NCBI GenBank assembly: GCA_964016885.1
Contig: OZ024741.1
Span: forward strand, 49,600,001 to 49,664,000
DNA: 64,000 nucleotides
Direction: 5' to 3'
From: Eledone cirrhosa
Lineage: Eukaryota
The notes under the pieces were generated by a model. It was not told where the DNA came from. It saw only the letters and a program-made list of their open reading frames with translations, and did no database searches. Both the position numbers and the translations under genes were made by a program. This document shows, in pieces, positions 53,188 through 64,000 of this stretch. Positions within the stretch are counted from its first letter, which is position 1; the number at the start of each line of letters is the position of its first letter.

Positions 53188-53522
53188 GTCATCATCATCA
53201 TTTTGCGTCCACTTTTCCCTGCTTGCAAGGGTGGGACGGGAACTGATTCTGGCTTGATTTCTACAGTTGGATGCCCTTCCTAACACCAACCTCATTTACA
53301 GTGAGTGCTGGGTGCTTTTTTGCCGTGGCACCTCCATGACCACTTTGCAGTGGAATAATAGGGACCTCAGTCCTAGCATCTCATTTCTACAGCTGAGTAA
53401 ACTGGAGCAATGTGAAATAAAGTGTCTTGCTCAAGGAAACAACACATCATCCAGTCTGAGAATTGAACTCACAACCTTTCGATTGCAAGCCCAATGATCT
53501 AACTACTAAGCCATGTGCCTCC
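53188..53522 (-). mobile_element. CORE-type SINE with RTE tail
   Basis: Reverse-complement match to 33790-34136. Confidence 0.88.
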
Positions 53523-53561
53523 AATATATATATATATATAGATATAGATATATATATATAT

Positions 53562-53735
53562 ATATAGAAAAAGGCTTCTACAGGACTAGAACTGTTTCAG
53601 GAAGCCCTGATGATTTCTCTGGAATGAAACAGTTCTAGCCCTGTAGAAGCTTTTCTATATTAAATATTTATACTCTGCTTTGTATTGAGTCCCTTACTAA
53701 CTGTGGTTACCCCCTGATTGAACCCAGGATAAACT
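53562..53735 (+). mobile_element. Fold-back element with complete hammerhead core
   Basis: Arms 53562-53599 and 53625-53660. CTGATGA(53607-53613)-T-TTC-TCTG-GAA-T-GAA-ACAG..CTGT-A. Tail to 53735. (TA)n flanks. Confidence 0.7.
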
Positions 53736-54155
53736 TATATATATATATATCATCATCATCGTTTAACGTCCATCTTCCACGCTTGCATGGTTATAATCAT
53801 CCTTATCTTCAACATCCTTCAACTATTTTATCCAAAGAAGGGAACGAATCTCATTGTATAAACAAGGTCTGCCAATTTAGTACACTTGCTAAGATGTCTG
53901 GCTCATGAATTTTTTACAAGACACTGATTGTCTCATCATTTTTTTGACAAGACAATGATTTTCCACAGTATAGTAATTGTCAAGTGCAGCTGCATTTTTT
54001 GCATCTAATTCTTTTACTCTTAGTTCAGTATTAACATTGATAAAAGTGTCAAAAATGTTGTAGATTTCTATTAAAACTATGAACACTATAACACTTAAGA
54101 TAAGGAAATGTTATCAATATCTATTAAATGATTTGACTACAGTGGTTCCTGTTGG

Positions 54156-54191
<36 letters not shown>

Positions 54192-54454
54192 GTCATCTAT
54201 TAGTCATGATTGCAAATATAATTGATAAAAATCCTCTTTCGTCTTCTTCCTTCCCTTCCTCCTATCGCTCCTTCCCTTCCTCTCCTCCTCCTCTTCTTTC
54301 CTCCCCTCATCATCATCATCCCAATATGCAATGCTCAAGGTAATTCTTCCCCATCCTGTCTGAGGTTTAAATCCCATTACTGGTATGTACTTTGTTCTAT
54401 ATCTGTCAAAGTACCTCAACATTCCTTGTCCAATTTACCTGACAGTAGAATATG

Positions 54455-54860
54455 CATAGGTTAGATGGGTTGTCCCATTTGAGGAAAATCGGGTCAGTTA
54501 ACCACGTCTTGCTCAGAACTGTTTCTGGTTAGGTTTCTATGGCTGGATGCCCTTCCTAATGATAACCACATTTACAGTGTGGACTGGGAGATTTTTGTCA
54601 TGTCACCTACATGACTACTGTACAGCATGTGCTGGGAGCTTTTTATCGTGACACCTACACAACCACTCTACAGCATGTGCTGGAGCTTTTTATCATGACT
54701 CCTACATGACCATTTTACCGTGTGGACTGGGAGCTTTTTATCGTGACACCTACATGACCATTTCACAGTGTGGACTGGGAGCTTTTTTGTTGTGACACCT
54801 ACACAGCCACTTTACAGTGTGGACTGGGAGCTTCTTGTTATGACACATACACGACCACTA
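54455..54860 (-). mobile_element. RTE-type 3' UTR with about six tandem ~48-bp units
   Basis: GGCTGGATGCCCTTCC motif followed by repeated TTTACAGTGTGGACTGGGAGCTTTTTATCGTGACACCTAC. Confidence 0.8.
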
Positions 54861-55534
54861 TGTAAATTAAAATCTAGATAAAAATCTCATTATAACAGAT
54901 GATAATATAAGATACCAATTGTTTAATATAAGCTGTAATATAGTAATATATAAAGTTATGGTTATTTCAATAAACCTTTCCAAAATCTTGATTATATTAA
55001 GAATTGATTGAAATACATTGGAAGTTTCCTCATTAGAAATATGGTCACAAGTGGGTTAAATAAATCAGCACAAATTCCTTCTCCAGCTTAGTGCATCTTT
55101 GTCATTTTCCACCACCAACTCTGTCTCTGTTTCTAAGCATATTCCATTTGACCATTTATAATTAAATATGATAATTCCATTTCTGCTAACTCTGGTCTTG
55201 CATTATTAATTTGATGCTGTAAAGTTTTTGTACAACTCAGTACAGTATTTTGGCTTACTAGCTAAATATTTCCATTAATCTAACTTGATTCTTTGGTGTC
55301 TTTAACAGAGTTCATTCTGTTACAAGGATTCCAACTAGATCTAAAAATAACCCATGAGTTATGGTTTCTTTTTCTCTTGAAAATCCTGCAAAATGTTGTT
55401 GGCATTATTACCCTTTCACTTCTCACTAAGACATAACAAAGTTCTTTATAAAGTTTTTTGTGTATTAATGTACATGTTACATAGTTTTCTGACCATATAC
55501 TCCATCCTTTGTCTATCTATGCAATATTACAGCC

Positions 55535-55848
55535 GAACTGTAAAGTGGTCATGCTGGAATCACAATAAAAATTGCCTAGTCCACACTGTAAAGTGGTCAT
55601 GTAGGTGTCACAACAAAAAACACCTAGTCCACACTGTAAAGTGGTCATGTAGGTGTCATGACAAAAAGCACCCACTACACACTGTGAATGTAGTTACCAT
55701 TATGAGGGGCATCCAGCTATAGAAACCAAGCCAAAATCAGTTGTGAGTGAGCAAAACATGTTCCTCTGACCTGGCTTGTTTCACAACAGGGCAGCTTGTC
55801 TAACCCATGCTAGCATGGAAAATGGCCGTTAGATATTGATGATGATGA
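55535..55848 (+). mobile_element. RTE-type 3' UTR with three to four tandem 48-bp units
   Basis: CCACACTGTAAAGTGGTCATGTAGGTGTCA repeats, terminal hairpin, (GAT)n. Confidence 0.8.
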
Positions 55849-56907
55849 TAACTTAATATTTTGTAAATATTCTTGTCTAAGATGCTGAGGAAGGCATCGG
55901 TCACTTACTTCATATAAAATCCTCCTTCTGTTCAGTGTAAACAATGGTTTTGCTGAAATCAATACATTGATAGATTTATAAACCAATGTGTATGATATCT
56001 AGAAGCTACAATGTTGTGTACTCAATGGAATGTCTCCATAGTTACAGAAGTGAGGAGTAACATTATATTATAGTCTAAGATTAATATTTAAAGATTAAGA
56101 AACTCTGAAAGCAAAATCAGTCCTAAATTACAGCTCTCCACCCCACCCCACCTCTCTCTCTCTCTCTCTCTCTGTTGTTGCTCAGTATGAATAGATAGTT
56201 GATTATTTACTAATCAACCACAAGATGAAAATCTTTAATATTTCAGGTTCATTGAATTTTTTTTTTTTGTAATTATTGTTGAGCAGCCTTGATGAGGAAG
56301 ATTATATTTACAAAATTGAATATGTCATAGAGTTACATCGAAACTACTTCACTAACAGTGTGATTGCTGTTAGCCTCCTTTGAATAAGTTTCAATGTAAA
56401 TAACATTTTAATCAGATCCCTTTCAACTTAACTCAACCCCTATATGGGTTATGCAAAACATTGAACTATATAGTTATATAAAGTGGGCAGCTAGATGCTG
56501 TGAATGCCTATATGGAAAGCATTGGGATCAGCAGGGTTGTAAAGTTATTAAATATATCTTAACCCTTTTGATACCAAACCACTTGAAACTGACCCTGATT
56601 TTATAATACAAAACTGCTAAGTTTAAAATGTTTAACCTTATATTTTAATATAAGGTTAAACCTTCCATCATAATTTTATTTAAGAAATGTTTATGTGACC
56701 AACTAAATACCTGCTTAATAATGAAAAACTTAGTTATTTTAATAAATTCGGCTAATTTTTTGATTGATTAAAATGACTTGAATATGGTGATAGAAGGGAT
56801 AAAAAGAAACATTCCAATAATTTTAATTGAAAATCAAATTCTTAAATAAAGTTATTCTGTTTCACTGACTTGTTATTATTGATGTTTTCCTTATTGTACT
56901 TTTACAG

Positions 56908-57023
56908 TAAATACTACAAACTTTAGGCGAGACTTTCGTGTAGATGAGATGGAAAGTCATGAATTATGGATTGAAAATCCCACATATGCACCAGTTGGAG
57001 AGGAAGTTACATTTCAACTAAAC
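56908..57023 (+). CDS. Internal exon of the PKD-domain gene, phase 1-0, (V)NTTNFRRDFRVDEMESHELWIENPTYAPVGEEVTFQLN
   Basis: TTTTACAG acceptor and GTAAGT donor at 57024. Continues AYNL-VN in frame and starts the next PKD repeat (PVGEEVTF). Confidence 0.85.
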
Positions 57024-57455
57024 GTAAGTAGGGAATATATTGCTTTTCTGCCAAAATAAATGAATTAAATATTGTTTGGATTTTGTTCTATTCTTGTATG
57101 AAAGGATTAAATCTTAGTAGCGAGAGCAAAGATGGCTTTGCTGATGATGGTGGTGGTGGTGGTACTAGACAACCAGCCAAGAAGCTGTTGGTTCATATAT
57201 TGTCATCAATACTACAGTGTGTCTATTACAAAATAAGTCAATCTAGCCATATGTAGTGTAAGATGGTGTAATTCAACATGAAGAGTTTGCTCTGTAAACT
57301 TGATTAGTGATTCATTAGCTTGCAGTACTGTGTTTAATGCCGCTGAAGTTATTTAGTTATCTTCTTTGACATCTCTATCTCTTCTTCACTTTTATTGCTT
57401 CTTCTGTGAGATAGGCAATAGAATGTGTTCATACTGTTTTAGGGTTTAGTGTAGT

Positions 57456-57800
57456 GAAGGCACATGGCTTAGTGGCTAGAGCATCGGGCTTACATTCTTG
57501 AGGTTGTGAGTTTGATTCCCGGACCAGGCTGTGTGTTGTGTTATTGAGCAAGAAAAACATTTTATTTCATGTTGTTCCAGTTCACTCAGCTGTAGAAATG
57601 AGTTGCGATGTCACTGATGCTAAGTTGTATCGGCCTTTACTTTTTTCCTTGAACAACATCAGTGGCACAAAGAGGAGAGATCAGGATGCATGGGTGACTG
57701 CTGGTCTTCCATAAACAAACTTGCCCAGACTTGTGCCTCGGAGGGGAACTTTCTAGGTGCAAATCCCATGGTCATTCTTGACTGAAGGGGGTCTTTACCT
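57456..57800 (+). mobile_element. CORE-type SINE, third tail type
   Basis: TGGCTTAGTGG A box, GAGTTTGATTCC B box, core, ends in (TTTACCC)-like repeats. Confidence 0.75.
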
Positions 57801-59761
57801 TAGTATTGTGTCAAATGTAACCAAAGGGAGTCTTTACCCTTTACCCTATCGTGGTGATATATCAAACAGGAGACTAATATTTTGTCTCTGAGGTCATTGC
57901 AACTTATCTCCTTTTAACCATAATATTTCCCTTATTAATTTATTGTTTAATTTTCTTTGGTTTACAACTTTGGATATGTTTTTTTAAGCTAGTCATTTAG
58001 GATTGAAAGTGAGCTAGTAGGGGTTTTCCAGTTGAAAGCAATAACATAAAACAATAAATCTATGCAATTTCTAACTCGAGGTAAAGTTTGAATATGTGAA
58101 TTTAAATCTTTATACTTTTTCTGCTCTTTTTTTTTTATTACTGTTTTACAGCTCTTTGCCTATGTTGCTAGAAAGGGTGGGATGTTTTTATGCACTTACT
58201 GTTTTAGCAAGTTTTCCGAAGCCCTTGCTATCCCAAGCCATTTAATAGAACTGCCCATAGCTAGAGAGACTGTGTATAGGGAGTGGAGTATTATATTTTG
58301 CCTAGAGATATGCAAGGTTTAAACACGTCATGATGTCATTGTTATAAATCCAACATAGCAATTGTGTATCTATATTACAATATCTTGTAATTGAAATATT
58401 ATAAATTAAAGTTGTAGCATCTTGTTATGAGAAATAGTTTGTATGTTAATTGCTCAGCTTGCTGAAAAATACATGAAAATATGGGATGATTAAGTTATCA
58501 CTGCAGATGTTTCCCAAATGTATCAAGGGCAGACTAATCTGCTAGACATCATCTGTCAACAGACTATGGCTGGAAATAGATGTAAATAAAGCATAGAAGC
58601 TCCAACTCAAAGAAATTTGGATTATACTTGGACTATACTTGCCAGGTACTTTCTACCAATCATTTGTGCTTACATAGCGTGTTGATATCCTAACCAAATT
58701 TATCTTCATGCAAACCTTTAGTATCTTGTATGCTAGAATTACATGATCTAAGTCTTAAGCCTTAGCACAAGGATCTCAGCAAAGAAGAAATATTATAAAT
58801 TAAGCATAAAATGAACCAAATCCTACACAATTTGCTATTCTAATTTGAGTATTTAATAATAATAGTGTTGATGTAGATTGAATATGTTTTGTTTAAACAC
58901 CAAATGCCTACACTTAGCTAGAAATCCATTTAGTACAATATTTATTTCATTACTCATTTTTTTGTCACCTTTGAAATGTCATCTTTATTACCTTTGAAAT
59001 TGCATGATGAGCCTACAAGAGAGCTTCTATATTGTCATTCAACCTGTTAAAAATAGCAGCTAAATCTCATTTAAATCATCCCCTACTGTCTTAAAAAAGA
59101 GAAAAGACATATTAAACGATATAGAGCTAGGTATACAAAAAGGCAAGGTGATCATGAGGAGAATGCATTTGATTATAGGTCTGCTCAATCAGAGTTCACA
59201 AGCATGGCCATGTGGTTAAAATGTTTCCTTATGATTGGTCTCACTAAGCAGCACTCTGGGCAAATGTTCTACCATAGCTTCAGATTAACTATTGCCTTGT
59301 GTGGAAGTTTATTATATACATGGATTGTTAAGAAATCAAAATATCTAATGATTTCAAAGAAAAGTATTTTGTGTGGTAACTTTTCTGTACTCAGCTGTGT
59401 CAACAATTCTTTGTCACCCACCATCAGGGCACTAGTAATTGTTCACTAATTGTGATTTAAAATAAATATACAATTTTTGTTTGTTTATCTATTTTTCTGT
59501 ACACTTTCTATGCTGGTGTGGGTTGTGATGTAATAATCCTTTCAAAATACACATTTCACCAGCTAGTCACATATCTCATGTAGCTCTAAGGCCTTATATG
59601 TTTCAAAATATCGACTATATCATTTAGTTAAATACAGATACATTGGTATCTTATTGGTATGTATACACAGCTAGCATTATTTTTTAAAAGTTATTAATAG
59701 AGAAAGCAATATTTAGTTATTAAGAAAAAACTAAGAATCATAAACGAAGTGAAATGTTTTC

Positions 59762-60014
59762 AACCAGGTTCAACTAGATTCTGAATTCAGGTACAACAAG
59801 GCTCTGAAACCAGGTTCAACATGGTACTGGAACCAGGTTCAACAAGGTACTGGAACCAGGTTTAACCAGGCAGTGAAACCAGATTCAACCAGGCCATAAA
59901 ATCAGATTCAACAAGGCTCTGAAACCAGGTTTAACCAGGCTCTGAAATCAGGATCAACCAGGCCTTGAAACCAGGTTCTGCTAGGCAATTAAACTAGGTT
60001 TAACAAGGTTGCTG
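59762..60014. repeat. Diverged 23-bp tandem repeat, 11 units (consensus ~AACCAGGTTCAACMAGGCTCTGA)
   Basis: Units align without indels. Internal AACCAGG sub-repeat. Confidence 0.85.
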
Positions 60015-60275
60015 CCTCAGCAATTTTGGAGAATGATAAGCAGCTTACACAAAGAATCACACAAAATCAATAGATCTTCATTAACAGCTGGGTAAATAGA
60101 AAAGGTGTATTCTCTGAACCCAACAACATCTGTGTCTGCAGAATAAACTTGTCTGGTACTGTTTCCCACTTGTAATTTTGAAGTGAAAATCATCATTGTT
60201 AGGAAAGTATTTTAGTATACCTGCTCCATCAAACAGCAGCAACTATTAGTGCCTTCTATAAACAGAAAACAGTCA

Positions 60276-60347
60276 TATTCTGTGGTGCAATGGTAGTGCC
60301 TCTGACTCCAGATCAGAAGACAGCGTGTTCAAATCACGTTGGGGTCA
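60276..60347 (+). tRNA. tRNA-Trp(CCA), probably a pseudogene
   Basis: 72 nt. Intact anticodon arm TCTGA-CT-CCA-GA-TCAGA and T arm GCGTG-TTCAAAT-CACGT. Acceptor 5' strand TATTCTG pairs poorly with TGGGGTC. T-run downstream. Confidence 0.85.
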
Positions 60348-60622
60348 AATTCCTTTACTGTTTTTGAAACAATCATTATTCTCACTGGTGTCCATCAATG
60401 CTACTGTTATTTTTATGAATATTATTCTATTATTTTATTATGTGTTCCAGCCGACAGGCTGAGGCCATACTGGGGCACTGCCATTCAGTGATAAATGAGT
60501 GTGGTCTCTATGCTGTTAGTCATTATAGGAAGTGTATGTCTTTATCTTTTTATATTTATATAACATAAATGTGATAATCTTCTTTTGATAGCATTGTAGT
60601 AATGTTCTTGAGTGATGTAGAT

Positions 60623-60823
60623 ATAAGGGTTGGCTGAAATGTTCATAGGCTGACCAAGATACTCTCATGGAATGACTAAATGAGGTTTATTTTTCAACAT
60701 AGTCCTTGAAAAGAAGCAATGCAGTTATCAATAAGAAGAGTTGAAATTAATGCATGCAAGATTTCACAGCTCTAGCATCACTCCTTCATAGTCAGCCTAT
60801 GAACCTTTTAGCCCACTATTGTA
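60623..60823. mobile_element. Mariner-type MITE
   Basis: Imperfect TIRs GGGTTGGCTGAAATGTTCATAGGCTGAC / GTCAGCCTATGAACCTTTTAGCCCAC, TA flanks. Confidence 0.65.
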
Positions 60824-61595
60824 TGACTAAGTGTTTAATGGTGATTGAATATGTTGTGGTAAGGACTAAGTCAGAAATTGCAGCAACAACAAACTGTGTA
60901 CCTCTTTTATATTAAAGGCTATTTTCTTTGGAGTATTTTTGTTTCATTACATAAGTGATGAGTGTGGCTCCATACTGCTAGTCATGATAGTAGGAAGTAT
61001 ATTATATTTTCTTTTTAGCTTATGTTATGTTGTAAGAAATTGGGGAGAGGGTCTCCAGGTAGTACCAGAATACTACTAATACTACTACTACCACCACCAC
61101 CACTACTACTATTACCACAACCACCACCACCACTACTAGTGCTACTACTACTATTACTGCAACTACTACCACCACCATTACTATTACTATTAACTTTTCA
61201 CACATAATGCTAACTTGTATTTTGTGTTATGTCAAATAGATAACTTGACTCTGAATTTAAAGACAAACCAATTACATCTATCCATGATTTGTCCAAATGA
61301 AACTAAGATATACAGGCAAGCAGCTTTTGTGACAATTTGATTGATTTCAATATATACATCACCAGTGCAGTCATTTTTAGTTGATGTTTTATCATTTGTT
61401 AATTTTTTATGAGATTTTTTTTCTTCTGGTCAAATGTTTATCATTGTCCTTTTTTTTGTTTGTTATATTACCTGAAAAAGAAAATTTTGATTTAAAACAG
61501 ATGCTGCTTCTTACTGTAAAGTTAAATAACCCTGCTTCTGGTATTGTGTTGTATACCTTGCCCAAGGTGTATTTTATTTTCCTGAATCTGTTTAA

Positions 61596-61803
61596 CCCTT
61601 TAACATTTACATTACTCTATATATACTATTGTATTTTTGTGATAAAGGCTTTATCTCACGTAATATCGAATCTACAAGATTTTGATATTGTTTATTTTGG
61701 GAATGATACCTTAACATCAGTATGAAGGGCTAGTTACAGCTGGTTTGAATAGAAAGAGGTGAGAGAATTCCGGCCAGATACAGCTGGTTTAAATGCTAAA
61801 GGG
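61596..61803. mobile_element. piggyBac-type MITE (TTAA target duplication)
   Basis: TTAA-CCCTTTAACATTTA...TAAATGCTAAAGGG-TTAA. Confidence 0.85.
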
Positions 61804-62263
61804 TTAACTGAAAGTAGTAAGCAAGTGAATAATAAAACTTCACAATGTTACAATAACCTAAAGAAGGTCAATAGATAAATAATTACATACTCAATTAAAT
61901 TACCATATATTGTAAATTACCATCATATACTGATGTTTGTTAAAATAATGTTATCAGAGGATCTATGGTAAGTGTGATATCTCTAGATGATATATTACTG
62001 CATTGGGGGTAATTTCAATTTATAATATCTTGATATTCCTTGGTGTGTCATTAATTAACTATGATACAATCATATAAAGTTAATGAACTACTTAACTGAT
62101 TATTTCTTAACCACAAACAAAATAATGTGGGGTTAAAATACTGGATCATTGATTACAAAGCTTGCTAAAGCCATTTTATTGGACTCCTTGATAAGTCACA
62201 TTATTCAGATTTTCCCATATCTATTCTATGATCTTAAGAGATATCTTGCCTCCTTTCTTTTAT

Positions 62264-62648
62264 ATCATCATCATCATCATGACCGTTTTACGTCTGTTCT
62301 TCCACACTAGCATGGGTTAGACGGGTTGTCCTGTTGTGGGCAGTGTCCAGTCGGCTGACCTTGTCTTGCTCATACGGGAACTGATTCTACGGCTGGATGC
62401 CCTTCCTAACACCAACCTCATTTACAGTGAGTGCTGGGTGCTTTTTTGCCGTGGCACCTCCACAACCACTTTGCAGTGGAATGATAGGGACCCCAGTCCC
62501 TATCATCTCATTTCTACAGCTGAGTAAACTGGAGCAATGTGAAATAAAGTGTCTTGCTCAAGGAAACAACACATCACCCGGTCTGAGAATTGAACTCACA
62601 ACCTTTCGATTGCAAGCCCAATGCTCTAACCACTAAGCCATGCGTCTT
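62264..62648 (-). mobile_element. CORE-type SINE carrying the long RTE-A tail
   Basis: Head and core as 33790, but the 3' end matches the LINE terminus (CATGGGTTAGACGGGTTGTCC on the + strand). Confidence 0.85.
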
Positions 62649-62835
62649 CATATACTAGAATTTTCCAACACGCTGATACGTATGTGTATTTGTGTGCGTA
62701 TGTGCATATGCATACATTTTTATGTATGAGTGTATAACTATAAACACGCAAACACAGACACACTTACAAAAATACATTCACACAAATACACACATACACT
62801 TACAGCGTAGCAAAAGGAACGTCAGCTGCTGTTTT

Positions 62836-62877
<42 letters not shown>

Positions 62878-63104
62878 GACTTAATTCAAGGGTGTAGTGT
62901 TTATAGCTGTTGCAAACCCTCCTGAATTGGATTTAGCGATAAAATAGTGTGATCAATATAATTAATGTTAAATTTGAACATCAAGATTTATTTGGGGTGA
63001 ATGTAGAAAGTGAGATGGAAGTAGTACCAGGGCAGAAGAACTGAGTAAACTATTATTTGACATCAGATTTCATTGATAAGACAATGGTGTGCGATAACAA
63101 GAAG

Positions 63105-63420
63105 AGACACTTCTGCTTTTGTGTGGTTTATATGTATATGAAGAAGTATCATCATCATATTATGTCTACTTCTGCAGATGTGAGGTTTATATGTATATGA
63201 AGGTGTATCATCGTGTAATGTCTACTTCTGCTTATATAAAGCTTATATGTATATGAGGGTGTATTGTCATCATTTTATGTCTACTTCTGCTTTTCTGGGG
63301 CTTATATATGAGTGTCTATCATCATCATTTTATGTCTACTTCTGCAGATATGAGGCTTATATGTATATGAGGGTATATCATCATCATTGTATGTCTACTT
63401 CTTCATATGTAAGGCTTATA
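63105..63420. repeat. Diverged ~55-60-bp tandem repeat, 5-6 units
   Basis: Recurring TATATGTATATGAGGGTGTATCATCATCATTTTATGTCTACTTCTGC. Confidence 0.75.
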
Positions 63421-63430
63421 TATATATATA

Positions 63431-64000
63431 TCATCATCATCATCACCGTTTTACGTCTGTTCTTCCACGCTAGCATGGGTTAGACGGGTTGTCCTGTTGT
63501 GGGCAGTGTCTGGTCGGCTGACCATGCCTTGCTCATACAGGAACTGATTTGGCTTGATTTCTACAGCTGGATGCCCTTCCTAACACCAACCTATTTTACA
63601 GTGAGTGCTGGGTGCTTTTTCGTGGCGCCTACACGTCCACTTTACAGTGTGGGCTGGGTGCTTTTTTGCCGTGGCACCTCCACGACCACCTTGCGGTGGG
63701 GGGAGTGGGGGCATATTGTCTATATGCTTCAGCTTGTACCCATGGGAGGTCGGGTACTCTGTATTACTGCGTGACGCCAGAAGTCACGGTCGTGTGTCAT
63801 TGCCTTTGAGAGGTGTAATTGGGTAAGGTCGGCTTTTATCACCTCATCCCAGGTCATCTTGGGTCTCCCCACTCCGCGGTTTCTATCAACTTCTAGTGCT
63901 CTGCACCTTTTTATGCAGCTGTCATCCTTCATACGCATCACATGTCCATACCAGCGCAACCGCCTCTCCTGCACACAGCATTTAATTCCTCTTATGCTCA
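63431..64000 (-). mobile_element. RTE subfamily A 3' end, continues beyond the window
   Basis: Reverse-complement match to 44950-45515. Confidence 0.93.

Noticed and set aside
53850-55480. Possible decayed minus-strand coding sequence (ORF 53889-54086 and 54870-55440)
   Set aside because: Multiple stops and no recognisable motif. tBLASTx would be needed.
58152-58320. Candidate next PKD exon (strong acceptor, 55 open codons, phase 0)
   Set aside because: The peptide has no PKD features (no W/DFGDG) and there is no convincing donor. Needs RNA-seq.
60030-60262. Minus-strand exon-like segment (acceptor and GTAAGC donor, SADTDVV peptide)
   Set aside because: All three frames are blocked shortly after the acceptor, and no partner exons were found.

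Overview
AT-rich, repeat-dense animal genomic DNA. The repeat families suggest an octopus or other coleoid cephalopod (inference, not verified). No prokaryotic features are present. The only host gene I can support is part of a + strand polycystin-1-like (multi-PKD-domain) gene: four phase-compatible exons at 15240-15326, 17187-18435, 49608-49748 and 56908-57023, with both gene ends outside the window. Introns and flanks hold RTE-clade LINEs (one ~3.2 kb copy with APE and RT, with a PHD-type finger inside the RT), CR1-like and other LINE fragments, CORE-type and other tRNA-derived SINEs, TTAA- and TA-flanked MITEs, Helitron-like ends, a decayed tRNA-Trp, long (TA)n/(TATG)n tracts and a ~12.4 kb minisatellite (35-bp constant core plus variable AT linker). 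The least obvious signal, invisible in the ORF track, is a set of at least eight short segments carrying whole or partial type-I hammerhead ribozyme cores (CUGANGA...GAAAC...GUH), all in or near (TA)n tracts. Three are fold-back elements whose inverted copy begins at or just before the ribozyme GAAAC. They are most likely remnants of Penelope-like element termini or retrozyme-like non-autonomous elements. All alignments and folds were done by eye; repeat boundaries are approximate.
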